Below are positions 30,336 to 41,490 of a stretch of DNA of 64,000 nucleotides, piece after piece (position 1 is the stretch's first letter; each line of letters starts with the position of its first letter). The notes below the pieces were generated by a model. It saw nothing but the letters and a program-made list of their open reading frames with translations, did no database searches and was not told the origin of the DNA. Location: the NCBI GenBank assembly GCA_965230295.1, contig OZ246001.1, positions 128,001 to 192,000 of the forward strand, in the 5' to 3' direction. A program made the position numbers and the translations under genes. This DNA is from Marinicella sp. (GTDB taxonomy: Bacteria; Pseudomonadota; Gammaproteobacteria; Xanthomonadales; Marinicellaceae).

Positions 30336-31538
30336 CTACTCAAACATGGCTTTGGCTTTGAGCAGAGATTCTACCAGAACATCGACCTCTTTTTCAGTAT
30401 TATAAAAAGACAGCGAAGCACGGCAACTGCCAGCCAATCCAAAGTATTGAAAGATCGGCATGGTGCAATGATGGCCTGTTCTCACGGCCACGCCATAATG
30501 GTCAATAATGGTACCAATGTCATGGGCATGGATGCCATCAATCACAAAAGAAAAAACCGGTGATTTATTGGCTGCATTACCTATGATTCTTAGACCCTTA
30601 ACTTGTTGTAGAGCTTGTTCGGCATAGACCCTTAGCTCTTGATCCCGCTGTTGAATTTTATCTAAACCCACTGACTGCATAAAATCAGCAGCAGCACCCA
30701 ACCCGATACCACCAGCAATGTTCGGTGTGCCTGCTTCAAATTTGGCAGGCACAGCATTGTATACAGTCGATTCAAATGTCACTTTGCTGATCATCTCACC
30801 GCCACCATGGTAAGGTGGCATGGCATTGAGGTGTTCGGCTTTGCCATACAACACACCACTGCCAGTTGGACCATACATTTTATGGCCGGATACCGTATAA
30901 AAATCACAGTCCAAGTCCTGTACATCGACTTTGATATGCGGTGTGGCTTGGGCTCCATCGACCAGGACATGTACACCCTTTTGATGCGCAGCAGCCACCA
31001 ATTTTTTGATGGGGTTGATGGTGCCCAAAGAATTTGAAACATGTACCACAGACATGAATTTGGTCTTGTCATTGAGCAACTGATCCAAATCATCCAAAAC
31101 CAGCTCACCTTGGTCATTCATGGGAATGACTTTCAATACAGCACCGGTTTGCTCACAGAGGATCTGCCACGGTACAATGTTTGAATGGTGCTCCAGGTGC
31201 GAGATCAAAATTTCATCACCCGCCTTGATGCGACTTCTGACAAAGGTTTGTGCCACCAGGTTGACTCCTTCGGTACAGCCTCTGACAAAAATCAAATCTT
31301 TAGCGGATGGCACATTGATCAATTGGGCCAGCGATTTCCTGGCCAACTCATACAGTTCGGTGGCTGATTCACTCAGGCTGTGCACCCCACGGTGGATGTT
31401 GGCGTTGTGATTGAGGTAATAATCATTGACGGCATCCAACACCACCTGGGGGCGCTGAGCTGTAGCGGCATTATCCAGATACACCAAAGGTTTCCCATGA
31501 ACCTGGTTGTTCAATCCAGGAAATTGATCTCTCAGCAT
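30336..31538 (-). CDS. sufS: Cysteine desulfurase SufS
   Basis: YLDNAAT, EHHSNIVPW, SGHKMYGP, RTGHHC. Confidence 0.96.
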   Translation of the reverse strand: MLRDQFPGLNNQVHGKPLVYLDNAATAQRPQVVLDAVNDYYLNHNANIHRGVHSLSESATELYELARKSLAQLINVPSAKDLIFVRGCTEGVNLVAQTFVRSRIKAGDEILISHLEHHSNIVPWQILCEQTGAVLKVIPMNDQGELVLDDLDQLLNDKTKFMSVVHVSNSLGTINPIKKLVAAAHQKGVHVLVDGAQATPHIKVDVQDLDCDFYTVSGHKMYGPTGSGVLYGKAEHLNAMPPYHGGGEMISKVTFESTVYNAVPAKFEAGTPNIAGGIGLGAAADFMQSVGLDKIQQRDQELRVYAEQALQQVKGLRIIGNAANKSPVFSFVIDGIHAHDIGTIIDHYGVAVRTGHHCTMPIFQYFGLAGSCRASLSFYNTEKEVDVLVESLLKAKAMFE

Positions 31539-32704
31539 ACCCGTGCCTCTTGTTCGAATGATTCAATCATGATGTCACGGGCTTGCTCAATGTCTACACC
31601 TCGTGATTGTAAATAAAACAATGAGTGCTCATCCAAAGCCCCGATGGTTGACCCATGAGCTGCCACCACTTCGTCAGCATACACTTCCAATTCTGGTTTG
31701 CTGAAAATTTTGGCCTCTTCAGATAACAAGATGTTTTTCAAATCTTGGGCTATTTCAGATTGATCAGCTCCCACAGCAACCAACGCTTTGGCATTGTTGA
31801 AAATTTGTGACCGGTCTTTTGCAATTGATCGGTGTGTCACATCAGATTGGTTATTTTTATAATAATGATTCACTTTAACTAAATCTGATATATTATTGTT
31901 ATTAAATGTTTTATTTATTGATCCAGAGCGGTATTTGCTGTTTTCTGCATTGAAATTAATCACATGATTGTGGTGTTGTAATAATCCACCTATGTGGTGA
32001 TTCATACTGCTCAGTTCTGCATGTTCAAGTAATTCAAATTGGTTGTAACTGATGAATTTCTCGGTGTCACTGAGTTGGATATTTTGTGATCTACTGAGAT
32101 TCGATGATGCACCCAATCGACAAACATTGACCACATTCAGTTGACCACTGACATGCTGTTCTGTAACACATACCCTGGTATTTTCAGCCATTTCCACCTG
32201 GTTACGAACATAATGCCATGTTGGTAAGCTTTCGAAGCGGTACACCAATTTGATGTGTACGCTTTGTTGACTGGGTCCAACATGAATCAAAGCACCGTTT
32301 TTAAACAAAGCCGTGTTGATTAAATTAACTGCTGTTTCTTGATCAAATGGCAAATCCAGCCATTGTGATATAGACACATGGCCAATGTCATTGATCACCA
32401 GCCAGTCAGGACAAGTGCCATCAACCGCCACGCCTGCTTCTGACAAGGTTACCACCACATGATGGTCTGCAGCGAGTTCTTCAACATCATGAGGGTTTCT
32501 GCTGTTGCTGTCCGGGGCAACTGCAACGGCCGACAAACGTTGTACATCGGCGTAACGCCATGCCTCATTTTTACGGCTTGGGTCAGACAGTGTTTGAAGC
32601 TGATCAAGCGCCATTTGACGTTTTTCAACCAACCAATCAGACGGATCTTCAGCGTTGATTTGATTGATTGCTTGTGCAGTCCAATTATTGATCAAGCCAG
32701 CCAT
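31532..32704 (-). CDS. sufD: Fe-S cluster assembly protein SufD
   Basis: EAWRY, beta-helix, SKPELEVYADEVVAAHGSTIG, FYLQSRG. Start probably ATG 32704. Confidence 0.92.
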   Translation of the reverse strand: MAGLINNWTAQAINQINAEDPSDWLVEKRQMALDQLQTLSDPSRKNEAWRYADVQRLSAVAVAPDSNSRNPHDVEELAADHHVVVTLSEAGVAVDGTCPDWLVINDIGHVSISQWLDLPFDQETAVNLINTALFKNGALIHVGPSQQSVHIKLVYRFESLPTWHYVRNQVEMAENTRVCVTEQHVSGQLNVVNVCRLGASSNLSRSQNIQLSDTEKFISYNQFELLEHAELSSMNHHIGGLLQHHNHVINFNAENSKYRSGSINKTFNNNNISDLVKVNHYYKNNQSDVTHRSIAKDRSQIFNNAKALVAVGADQSEIAQDLKNILLSEEAKIFSKPELEVYADEVVAAHGSTIGALDEHSLFYLQSRGVDIEQARDIMIESFEQEARVC

Positions 32705-33425
32705 AGCCTTGTTCCTCCAATTCCAGAGCCAAGTTTTTGTCACCTGATTTGACAATTTTGCCATCGGCCAATACATGCACAAAGTCTGGCTGGATGTAAT
32801 CCAATAATCTTTGGTAATGGGTAATGATGATAAATGAACGGTCCGGGGCCCGCAGTTGATTCACCCCATCAGCCACAATTTTCAAGGCATCAATGTCCAG
32901 GCCTGAATCTGTTTCATCCAGAATGGCTAATTTAGGCTCCAAAACGCCCATTTGGAAGACTTCATTGCGTTTTTTCTCGCCCCCAGAAAAACCCACATTA
33001 ACAGGACGCTTTAACAAATCATCACGCATATTCATGTCTTTGATTTTTTGTTTTACCATGCGCAGAAATTGGGCTGAATCCATGGCTTCTTCGCCGCGGT
33101 ATTTGCGCTGTGCATTCAAAGCTGTGCGCAAAAAATACATGTTATTCACGCCAGGGATTTCAACTGGGTACTGAAAAGCCAGGAACACCCCTTCTGCAGC
33201 CCGTTCTTCAGGCTCTAATTCCAACAAATCTTTGCCCAAGTAATCAACTGTACCACTTTGTGGTTCCACATAAGGCATGCCAGCCAACAGGTTACCCAAT
33301 GTACTTTTACCAGCACCATTAGGTCCCATGATGGCATGGACCTCTCCGGGTTTCACTTCTAAACTCAAACCTTTGAGGATTTCTTTGTCGCCAGCAGTGG
33401 CGAATACATCATTTATTTTTAACAT
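32685..33425 (-). CDS. sufC: Fe-S cluster assembly ATPase SufC
   Basis: GPNGAGKST, FQYPVEIPGV, GFSGGEKKRNE, LDETDSGLDID. Confidence 0.97.
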   Translation of the reverse strand: MLKINDVFATAGDKEILKGLSLEVKPGEVHAIMGPNGAGKSTLGNLLAGMPYVEPQSGTVDYLGKDLLELEPEERAAEGVFLAFQYPVEIPGVNNMYFLRTALNAQRKYRGEEAMDSAQFLRMVKQKIKDMNMRDDLLKRPVNVGFSGGEKKRNEVFQMGVLEPKLAILDETDSGLDIDALKIVADGVNQLRAPDRSFIIITHYQRLLDYIQPDFVHVLADGKIVKSGDKNLALELEEQGYGWLDQ

Positions 33426-34909
33426 CAGCCGATGGCTCCTTCTAATGAGATGTCTAACAAGGCTTTTGCTTCAACGGCAAACTCCATGGGTAATTCTTTG
33501 AACACTTCTTTACAGAAGCCGTCCACGATCAGTGAAATGGCATCTTCTTCCGTGATGCCACGTTGTAAACAGTAATTCAATTGGTCTTCAGAGATTTTTG
33601 AAGTGGTGGCCTCATGTTCGAGTTTGGCCGTCATGTTGGCCGACTCTGTGTATGGAAATGTATGTGCGCCACATGACTTACCGATCAACAAAGAGTCACA
33701 CTGGGTAAAATTCCGAGCATTGTCTGCGCGCTTGGCCACCCTAACCAAACCGCGGTAGGCATTTTGGCTTTTGCCCACTGAAATGCCTTTGGAAATCACT
33801 GTACTTTTGGTGTTTTTACCCAAATGGATCATTTTGGTGCCGGTATCGGCTTGTTGGTGGTTATTGGTCAACGCCACCGAATAAAACTCTCCTCTTGAAC
33901 CATCACCTCTCAGGATACAGCTGGGGTATTTCCAGGTGATTGCCGACCCTGTTTCTACCTGGGTCCATGAGATTTTTGAATTCTTGCCCAAGCAGTTTCC
34001 TCGCTTGGTCACAAAGTTATAAATGCCACCCTTGCCATTTTCATCTCCCGGGTACCAGTTTTGAACGGTCGAATATTTGATTTTGGCATCATCCATGGCC
34101 ACCAGTTCAACCACAGCAGCGTGTAATTGGTTTTCATCTCGCATCGGTGCTGTACAACCTTCTAAATAGCTCACATAGGCACCTTCCTCAGCCACAATCA
34201 AAGTTCTTTCAAATTGACCTGTGTTGATGGCATTGATGCGAAAGTAGGTGGATAACTCCATAGGACATCGCACCCCTTTGGGGATATAAACGAAAGAACC
34301 GTCACTGAATACCGCCGCATTCAACGCCGCAAAATAGTTGTCTTGTGCTGGCACCACAGAGCCCAGGTATTTTTTAACCAATTCAGGATGGTCATGTACC
34401 GCTTCTGAGAACGATGAAAAAATCACCCCCACTTTCTCCAATTCAGCTTTGAAGGTGGTCCCTACAGAAACAGAATCAAACACGGCATCAACCGCTACGC
34501 CTGCCAAGCGCTCACGTTCATGCAAAGGCACACCCAACTTGTCATAGGTTTCCAGCAGTTTAGGGTCTACTTCATCCAATGACTTCGGTGCATTTTCTTT
34601 GTTGGCATTGGGTGAAGAATAGTAAGAAATCGCCTGGAAATCGATTTCCGGAATCTTTAACTTGGCCCATTCCGGCTGCTTCATGTTTTGCCATTTTTGG
34701 AAAGCATCCAACCGGTAATCTAACAACCATTGTGGCTCTTCTTTCTTTTCTGATATCAATCGGATGGTGTCTTCATCCAACCCGGGCGGGATGGTGAAAG
34801 ACTCAATGTCCGTGACAAAGCCTTCTTTATAGCCTTGTTTGGCCCTGGCCTTAACGGCTTGGTTTTCTTCTACCACTTCAGCTTTTTGGTTTTCTACTTC
34901 TTGACTCAT
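33425..34909 (-). CDS. sufB: Fe-S cluster assembly protein SufB
   Basis: [41 protein letters not shown]. An alternative TTG start at 34924 overlaps the regulator stop. Confidence 0.97.
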   Translation of the reverse strand: MSQEVENQKAEVVEENQAVKARAKQGYKEGFVTDIESFTIPPGLDEDTIRLISEKKEEPQWLLDYRLDAFQKWQNMKQPEWAKLKIPEIDFQAISYYSSPNANKENAPKSLDEVDPKLLETYDKLGVPLHERERLAGVAVDAVFDSVSVGTTFKAELEKVGVIFSSFSEAVHDHPELVKKYLGSVVPAQDNYFAALNAAVFSDGSFVYIPKGVRCPMELSTYFRINAINTGQFERTLIVAEEGAYVSYLEGCTAPMRDENQLHAAVVELVAMDDAKIKYSTVQNWYPGDENGKGGIYNFVTKRGNCLGKNSKISWTQVETGSAITWKYPSCILRGDGSRGEFYSVALTNNHQQADTGTKMIHLGKNTKSTVISKGISVGKSQNAYRGLVRVAKRADNARNFTQCDSLLIGKSCGAHTFPYTESANMTAKLEHEATTSKISEDQLNYCLQRGITEEDAISLIVDGFCKEVFKELPMEFAVEAKALLDISLEGAIG

Positions 34910-34920
34910 GCTATCTAAAC

Positions 34921-35349
34921 TCAAGGTTTGATTTGTAAGGTGATTTTTTTCTTTTCATCCAAAATATCACTGACCGTGACGCTTTCTAATGCATTCAAAA
35001 TCACTTGATTGACTTTTTTCATACCAGCACTCATGTAACAATCCTGGGTCAGATGACAGGCTGTATCATCATCAACACATTCGGTCAAAGACATGCCACC
35101 TTCCATGGCCACAATCACTTCGTTTAAGGTGATCTCTTGCTTTCTTTTGACCAGAAAATAACCGCCAGTGGCACCTCTCTTAGAGTCCAACAAACCGGCT
35201 TTTTTCAGTTGTTTAAGTATTTTGCTGACTGTGGGTGTTTCTAGCCCAGTCACTGATGCCACAAAATCAGCAGATGCTGGCAAATCTGACTTTTTCAAAG
35301 CCATGATCACCATAAAGGCATATTCAGTTAATTTGGACATTTTTATCAT
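34921..35349 (-). CDS. Rrf2-family SUF system transcriptional regulator
   Basis: [17 protein letters not shown] and a C-x6-C-x5-C cluster motif; first gene of the suf operon. Confidence 0.9.
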   Translation of the reverse strand: MIKMSKLTEYAFMVIMALKKSDLPASADFVASVTGLETPTVSKILKQLKKAGLLDSKRGATGGYFLVKRKQEITLNEVIVAMEGGMSLTECVDDDTACHLTQDCYMSAGMKKVNQVILNALESVTVSDILDEKKKITLQIKP

Positions 35350-35356
35350 CGCGCGG

Positions 35357-35397
35357 ATTATAGCATCATATAGGACTTATTTGGTACTATATGATGC
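35357..35397 (-). promoter_or_regulatory. suf promoter (extended -10) with overlapping palindromic operator
   Basis: TGcTATAAT on the minus strand lies 7 nt before the ATG. Perfect 11-bp inverted repeat GCATCATATAG-N13-CTATATGATGC at 35363-35397. Confidence 0.75.
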
Positions 35398-35428
35398 CAA
35401 TTCAAGGGATAATACCGACTAAACCACG

Positions 35429-36661
35429 TCAGCGTTGATTAAAATGAATTTTTACCTGAAAGGTATCCACATGATTGTGATCAAACTGTACCAGCCACCC
35501 CAAACGCTCACACATGCGCTGAGCTATTATGGTCCCGACACCATAACCAGAACCAGAACCATTTTCAGATGATGCCTTGTCCCGAGGGTTTTCAATGACA
35601 ACAGAGTCATTGTTAAGGTAACAATAAACCACTTTTTCACTGCCGTGTTGAATGGCATTTTTCAGTAAATTACCCACCACAACCATGAAAACATCGGCAG
35701 GTGCGTTGATCAGAACCGGACCTCCATCTGCTTCTGTCAATGTAATTGTATGTGCTGGATAACTGAGTAAAAATTCTGCTTTTATGGCTTTCATACAAGC
35801 CATCATGTCACAAACTTGATCAGACCTGATCACGTCACTGGAAAGCCACAAGAACGCTTCGGTGATTTGCTTCATTTGCCGGATTGAGCGATTCAATCGA
35901 TCAATCACTGTACCTGGGTCGTAATCAGCCTTTTTTTTATACAATTCCAGTAACTCAAGGGCGTTTTGGGCAATTTGGATGGGAGATCTGAGTTCATGGC
36001 TGACACCCCGATTGAATTCGAACTCACGCTGCGCGGCGGTTTGCGCTTGGGCTATGGATGTTTCTAATTGTTTGGCCAAAACCCCAACTTCATCACTTTG
36101 AAAATCAGCAGCAAAACCCTTGGGTAGGTCTTGTTGATCATCTTGCAATTGTTCGGTTAGTTTTTTCAATGGAGCCAAAGTTTGTCTGGCCAACCTGTAA
36201 GCCACAATCACTGTCAAAAAAATCAACACCAGTGAAACCACCAAGACTGTTAATAACAAGTCGTTGCGACTGGTTCGCACTGCCAATAAACCACTCACAT
36301 CGTAACTGATGAAGTAATCAGTTGTATCTGGAGCCAGTTGATTGCGCAACACAAACACGGCTCGATCATCATCAAAGTATTCATAAACACCTGGTTTTGA
36401 ACCCACAATTTTTTTTAAGGCAGGAGGCAATTGGTCAATGCCCGGATATAATTTCATTTGTTGGTTGGTCGGTTGCCAATTTGATTGTTCATTTTCAGCA
36501 AGGCTTTCATACAATAGTTGTTCGCTGCGCAGTAAATTAATAAAGACCTGGTCTTCAGTGATGTATACCATCATCATGACCATGACAGTAAAGAACAGAC
36601 ACAAAGTCAATGCAAGGCCAATCATGGATCGCTTGATGCGCCTGGCTATACTAAGCTTCAT
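35429..36661 (-). CDS. Sensor histidine kinase
   Basis: 2 TM helices, HAMP, H-box SHELRSPI, N-box NLLKNAIQH and G2 GYGVG; the G1 box is degenerate. Confidence 0.88.
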   Translation of the reverse strand: MKLSIARRIKRSMIGLALTLCLFFTVMVMMMVYITEDQVFINLLRSEQLLYESLAENEQSNWQPTNQQMKLYPGIDQLPPALKKIVGSKPGVYEYFDDDRAVFVLRNQLAPDTTDYFISYDVSGLLAVRTSRNDLLLTVLVVSLVLIFLTVIVAYRLARQTLAPLKKLTEQLQDDQQDLPKGFAADFQSDEVGVLAKQLETSIAQAQTAAQREFEFNRGVSHELRSPIQIAQNALELLELYKKKADYDPGTVIDRLNRSIRQMKQITEAFLWLSSDVIRSDQVCDMMACMKAIKAEFLLSYPAHTITLTEADGGPVLINAPADVFMVVVGNLLKNAIQHGSEKVVYCYLNNDSVVIENPRDKASSENGSGSGYGVGTIIAQRMCERLGWLVQFDHNHVDTFQVKIHFNQR

Positions 36662-37337
36662 TGGCCACCTCATCAACCATTTGATAGCCCACACCTTTCA
36701 CCGTTCTGAGCATGTTTGTTGCAAATGGCTTGTCGATGGTTTTTCTGATTTCATGGATATGTGAACGCAATGGATTGCTTCTGGGTGGCAGCTCGCCCCA
36801 CAACATGTACTCAAGTTCCTGCCTGGACACCACCTGTGGAGAAGCACGCATCAACACTTCAACAATTTGCATGCTGGCTTTGTGCAGATTCAAAATCTGC
36901 CCTGCTCTTGTTAACTGCCATAGACCGGCATCAAAGACCAGATCACCGACTTGCAATTCTTGCGTTTTTTGACCTTCCTGCTTGAGCACCAAAGCATCCA
37001 ATCGCAAACCCAACTCCTGCAAGGCAAACGGCTTAACCAAATAATCCCATGCACCTGCCTGAAAACCGATGGTTTTGTCAGCCAAAGATCCCCTCGCTGT
37101 CAACATCATGACCGGTGTATGCACTTGGTGCTGTTGTCGCAACTCTCGACACAAGGTAAACCCATCTTTTTTGGGTAAGTTGACATCCAGAATGATGGCA
37201 TCAAATTGATGGTTGGTGGCCAAAGACAACCCCTGCTCACCATTATCTGCGAAATCCAATTGATGACCCAAGCCAATCAGGTAGTCACTGATGTTGCCTG
37301 CAATGTCTAAATTATCTTCTACCAACAGAATCTTCAT
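36651..37337 (-). CDS. OmpR/PhoB-family response regulator
   Basis: MKILLVED, IILDVNLP, MLTAR, DYLVKPF and wHTH ending TVKGVGY. ATGA overlap with the upstream permease. Confidence 0.93.
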   Translation of the reverse strand: MKILLVEDNLDIAGNISDYLIGLGHQLDFADNGEQGLSLATNHQFDAIILDVNLPKKDGFTLCRELRQQHQVHTPVMMLTARGSLADKTIGFQAGAWDYLVKPFALQELGLRLDALVLKQEGQKTQELQVGDLVFDAGLWQLTRAGQILNLHKASMQIVEVLMRASPQVVSRQELEYMLWGELPPRSNPLRSHIHEIRKTIDKPFATNMLRTVKGVGYQMVDEVANEA

Positions 37338-39835
37338 AATTGTTGAAATGTATTGACTGGTTGCTTTAACTTGTTCCGCGCCATACCAGCACCAATCAAT
37401 GCGTACAAGGCCGGTACAAAAAGCAGAAACATCAACCAAGTCAACCAATCTGGCTGAAAAGGTAAGCCAAACTGCTCTTTGAACATCAGCTGAGAAATGA
37501 TGAATGCGCCGACTAATCCTATGGTGCAGGATACCATGCCGACCACTGTTTTTTCAGCCATTAACATGTTTTGTAACCTCTTTTTCGTTAACCCGAAAAC
37601 ACGCAAGACATTGTTCTGGTGATGATCAACACTGATGTATACTGCTGCCACCAAAACCGGCAAAGCAGCCATTAACAGAATAACCAATAAGCTGTTCATC
37701 ACTGTGGTAATTGATACCATGATATTTCTTACCGACTCTATTTGCTGGGCTAAATCTGTGATCAATGCAGCAGGAAATTGTTGGCCCAATTCAGACAACA
37801 TCGGTTTGGCTTCGGTATTTATTTCAATCCCACCCATGCGTTGTTGGGCATATGGCGCCAACGTATCTGGGGCAAACATGAACCAAAACATCACCATGGA
37901 GCCACCACTTTTGAATTTGCGTTGGCTGCTGATGGTACTGGTTAGGTACTGGTCTCCAATTTTGAAGGTCAACTGATCACCCATTTGCAAGCCCATATCC
38001 GTCATGACTTCTGCCTCAACAGAGACATCTCCGCTACCCAGCTGTGGCCAATCACCTGAAACCAAGTGGTTATTTTCAGGTAAGTCGGCGGCCCAAGACA
38101 ACCGAACTGGCGAACGTGTTTCTTCACGGGTGTCACTTTCATGTTGAATGGCATCATCTATATTGATGCCATTTACGGCAATCAACATAGCAGGCACCAT
38201 TGGATACATCCCTTTAACTGTGGCGCCTTTACCTTCAACAAAATTGTTGAATGGTTGTGCTTCATCAGCAGGTAATCCGCTGAATATGTAATTACCATCG
38301 TGATGTAAGCGTTGTACATGGTAGGCATCCAGGAAACCACCCCGTAATGTCATGATCATCGCCAATGCCATGACTGTCAAAGAAACCGCCACCACAGGAG
38401 CCACGTTTTTCTTTGGGTTGCGACCGATGGATCGCAACACCACCCGAACTGGCCCATGAAAAAGGTGGTGGATGTGGCCTATCAATTTATTCAACCCCCA
38501 ACCAAACAGCAGCGCCATGAGCATCAAAACAAGCACCCCCAAACATAGATAAATGGTTAATCTGATGTTGTCGCTGAAGTACCACAACATCGATACCAGG
38601 CAGACTAAGGCAATGGTTGTTGACAACAACAAGCGTCTGTTGATATCAAGTTGCCCTCGCAACACACTCACCACTGGTATATCGGTTAAATTGATCATGC
38701 GGGGGTAGACAAATATCAACAAGGTCACCAGCGATACCGCACAAGACAGCATCACAATGGAATACTTGAAAGACACGGCTGCCATTTTCAAGTATGGCAT
38801 CAGTATACTGGCCAATGCCGGTTGTACCAACCAGCCTATCAAACCACCCGCCAAGCCACAAATCAAAGCCAAACAAGCCATCTGGGCCAATAATGCATAA
38901 ACCACCACCACCTTGGGCAACCCCATACAACGCAGTACTGTACTGGGCAAAGCATATTGTTTCACCGAATAATCTGCCAAGATGGCCGCACCTGAACCAC
39001 ACAACAACAGCACCAACACCATCACCAAACCCAGCATCTTTTCTGCCCGCATCATCATTCTGGCAAATGGGTGTTGTCCTTCATCTGGTTTAAGCACTTG
39101 GTGTTCATATTGACTCAAAGTGGTGGCCAATGCAGATTCAATTGTTTCAATGGCCTGATCAGTTCCTGCAAATAAATACCGGTATTCACTGCGACCATTG
39201 TTGAGATCAATGCCAGTCTTTGGCAAGTCTTCTGAACGCAGCATGACCCTTGGTAATGTGTGTTGGAACTGAGTGAGTCGATCCGGTTCAAAAGTCAGTT
39301 CTTCAGACACCTTAAAATGACTGTTTCCTATTTGAATCATGTCTCCGATCCGAGCACCCAATACACTCAGCGCTCTGGCATCTAACCAGGCTTCAGCTTC
39401 ATTCAGCTGGCTGGCTTTAACTGATTGGTCCCCTGCTGCTGTTTTTAGGGTCAATTGGCCTTGCAAAGGATAAGAGTTTGAAACCCCTTTGATGGCTACA
39501 CTGTGGTAGCTGCCTGGCCCGATGGCCCCATGTGTCAATGAAACCGTTTCGACCACGTCTTCATCAGTGATAGAATGCCACCATTCAGCTGGCAAAGGCT
39601 GGTCACTGCGGATGACCAAAGGCGCTCCAAGGAATTCAGCAATGTCTTGATTCAAGGTCGACTTCACACCCTGCGCAAAGAACCCCAAGGTACTGACTAT
39701 GGTTACACATATTAATAGGCAAGCCGCCATCAACAGGTGAGATTTGTTCAGCATGGACTTCAACCCTAAGCGCTTAAACACTATCCAGATTAAAGCCAAA
39801 GTTGATTTTGTTTTGGGTTTGATTTCAGGCTGCAT
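37334..39835 (-). CDS. YbbP-like (FtsX/MacB-type) ABC transporter permease
   Basis: Duplicated TM/periplasmic architecture; IKGVSNSYPLQG and LSWAADLPENN. Confidence 0.85.
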   Translation of the reverse strand: MQPEIKPKTKSTLALIWIVFKRLGLKSMLNKSHLLMAACLLICVTIVSTLGFFAQGVKSTLNQDIAEFLGAPLVIRSDQPLPAEWWHSITDEDVVETVSLTHGAIGPGSYHSVAIKGVSNSYPLQGQLTLKTAAGDQSVKASQLNEAEAWLDARALSVLGARIGDMIQIGNSHFKVSEELTFEPDRLTQFQHTLPRVMLRSEDLPKTGIDLNNGRSEYRYLFAGTDQAIETIESALATTLSQYEHQVLKPDEGQHPFARMMMRAEKMLGLVMVLVLLLCGSGAAILADYSVKQYALPSTVLRCMGLPKVVVVYALLAQMACLALICGLAGGLIGWLVQPALASILMPYLKMAAVSFKYSIVMLSCAVSLVTLLIFVYPRMINLTDIPVVSVLRGQLDINRRLLLSTTIALVCLVSMLWYFSDNIRLTIYLCLGVLVLMLMALLFGWGLNKLIGHIHHLFHGPVRVVLRSIGRNPKKNVAPVVAVSLTVMALAMIMTLRGGFLDAYHVQRLHHDGNYIFSGLPADEAQPFNNFVEGKGATVKGMYPMVPAMLIAVNGINIDDAIQHESDTREETRSPVRLSWAADLPENNHLVSGDWPQLGSGDVSVEAEVMTDMGLQMGDQLTFKIGDQYLTSTISSQRKFKSGGSMVMFWFMFAPDTLAPYAQQRMGGIEINTEAKPMLSELGQQFPAALITDLAQQIESVRNIMVSITTVMNSLLVILLMAALPVLVAAVYISVDHHQNNVLRVFGLTKKRLQNMLMAEKTVVGMVSCTIGLVGAFIISQLMFKEQFGLPFQPDWLTWLMFLLFVPALYALIGAGMARNKLKQPVNTFQQL

Positions 39836-40499
39836 TTAACTTTCCTTGGTTCAATTGATAAACCACATCACATCGGCGGGCTAAATTTTGGTCATGGGTC
39901 ACCAACACCATGGAGGTGTTGTTTGCCTGATGCATTTCAAACAAGTTTTTAATCACATGGGTCGCCGTCTTGCGGTCTAAATTCGCCGTGGGTTCATCTG
40001 CAAATAATATACTGGGCCTGACAGCAAAAGCTCGACACAAAGCAACCCGCTGTTGCTCCCCACCTGACAGTTGACTGGGTAAGTGATGAGCCCGTTTACC
40101 CAGACCCATTTTTTCTAACCACGACAAAGCTTCCTGATTGGGTGTTTGGCTACCAAACAATTCCAATGGCAAGGCCACATTCTCAAGAGCAGTCAATTCT
40201 TCCATCAAGTAAAAGGATTGAAACACAAAACCCGTGTCAGTGGCCCTAACGGCGGCCCTGTCATCTTCATTCATGGCAGTGATTTCCTGACCGTTCAAAT
40301 GAACTTGACCTTGTTGAGGTAAATCAAGTCCAGCCAACAACCCCAATAAGGTTGACTTGCCGCTGCCGGATTGCCCCAGGATGGCCACTGATTGTCCACT
40401 TTGAACGGTCAAATCGGCACCTTTGAGGATGTGCAATGGCCCTTCGGGTGTTGTCACTGTACGGTGAATGTCTTGTGCTTGCAGAACTGTAGACTTCAT
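39825..40499 (-). CDS. YbbA-like ABC transporter ATP-binding protein
   Basis: GQSGSGKST, GFVFQSF, LSGGEQQRVA, FADEPT. Confidence 0.92.
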   Translation of the reverse strand: MKSTVLQAQDIHRTVTTPEGPLHILKGADLTVQSGQSVAILGQSGSGKSTLLGLLAGLDLPQQGQVHLNGQEITAMNEDDRAAVRATDTGFVFQSFYLMEELTALENVALPLELFGSQTPNQEALSWLEKMGLGKRAHHLPSQLSGGEQQRVALCRAFAVRPSILFADEPTANLDRKTATHVIKNLFEMHQANNTSMVLVTHDQNLARRCDVVYQLNQGKLNAA

Positions 40500-41425
40500 T
40501 GGGCTTCTCCACCCATGTTCTCATCAATAAATGCCAGAACTACATCATGAAAACCGTCTGGCAACCGATGTCCACTGTCAAAAAACTTCACTTTTTTATT
40601 GTTACTGGCAATCAAATCAAACACCTGCTGATATTCGGCTTGGCTGGTGTATTGGTCTTGAGTGGCTGCCAACAGCAAGATCTGTGCTGATTTGATATTT
40701 GACACGTGATGCCTCGGAGCGACTGGCGATTCTGCCACCCCCACGTAAGGCGGGACCATACTCACCACATGCATGATACTGGGCTCATAGGCGGCCAACA
40801 ACAAACTCATTTGTGCGCCCATGCTGTAACCAAAGGCAGCGGTGTGTGAAGCCACAATGGGATGGGTTGACTCAATCCATTGCAGTGCCAGTCGATAGTC
40901 CCTGACAGTGCCTACAATCATGTCATTGTAAATGCGTCTGTTGGGGCTATGTGCTTTACCCAGTATCTCTCTGGGGCCCATGCCTTTGATTGTCCTCGAT
41001 CCATGCAACCGGGCATCCAGTGCCAAAACGGCATAACCCGATTGGCGTAAATGATCACTGATCAAACCGGCCTTGATGGAACGCTCACTATTGAACCACA
41101 GGTTTTGATCGGTCCCCATGGCATGTAACAGCAAGGCCAGTTTGTATGGTTGATGGCTGTCAGCCTGGTACCCTTGAGGCAAGGCTAAAGTTCCATTAAC
41201 TGGCTGTTGATCGTCACTGATGAATGTCAAGCTGTATTTCATCCCCAAATGATCTTCACCTAAGGGCAGTTGCTGCATCTGGATGTCGAATGTTGGGTCC
41301 ACGTCAAACCATTCACTCAAAACTTGATGGGCTTGCTCACCATAAAGTTCAATGGTTGATGCCGAGGCTTGGACGAATAAAAATATCAGGGTAACAAAGA
41401 AGGTTAATTGTTTTGTGTATCGCAT
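40496..41425 (-). CDS. Secreted alpha/beta hydrolase
   Basis: Signal peptide, DARLHG, GYSMG nucleophile elbow, QDQY and SGH triad candidates. Confidence 0.82.
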   Translation of the reverse strand: MRYTKQLTFFVTLIFLFVQASASTIELYGEQAHQVLSEWFDVDPTFDIQMQQLPLGEDHLGMKYSLTFISDDQQPVNGTLALPQGYQADSHQPYKLALLLHAMGTDQNLWFNSERSIKAGLISDHLRQSGYAVLALDARLHGSRTIKGMGPREILGKAHSPNRRIYNDMIVGTVRDYRLALQWIESTHPIVASHTAAFGYSMGAQMSLLLAAYEPSIMHVVSMVPPYVGVAESPVAPRHHVSNIKSAQILLLAATQDQYTSQAEYQQVFDLIASNNKKVKFFDSGHRLPDGFHDVVLAFIDENMGGEAQ

Positions 41426-41454
41426 GATTGACTCTAAGGATATGAAGAAAAATC

Positions 41455-41490
41455 AGCGTAACAAAACCATGTTCAAATAAACTTCAAATA
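41455..41490 (-). promoter_or_regulatory. Putative OmpR/PhoB-type tandem box and -10 for the hydrolase-ABC-TCS operon
   Basis: TTCAAATA twice with 11-bp period (41472, 41483), 11 nt upstream of minus-strand TACGCT. Confidence 0.5.
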
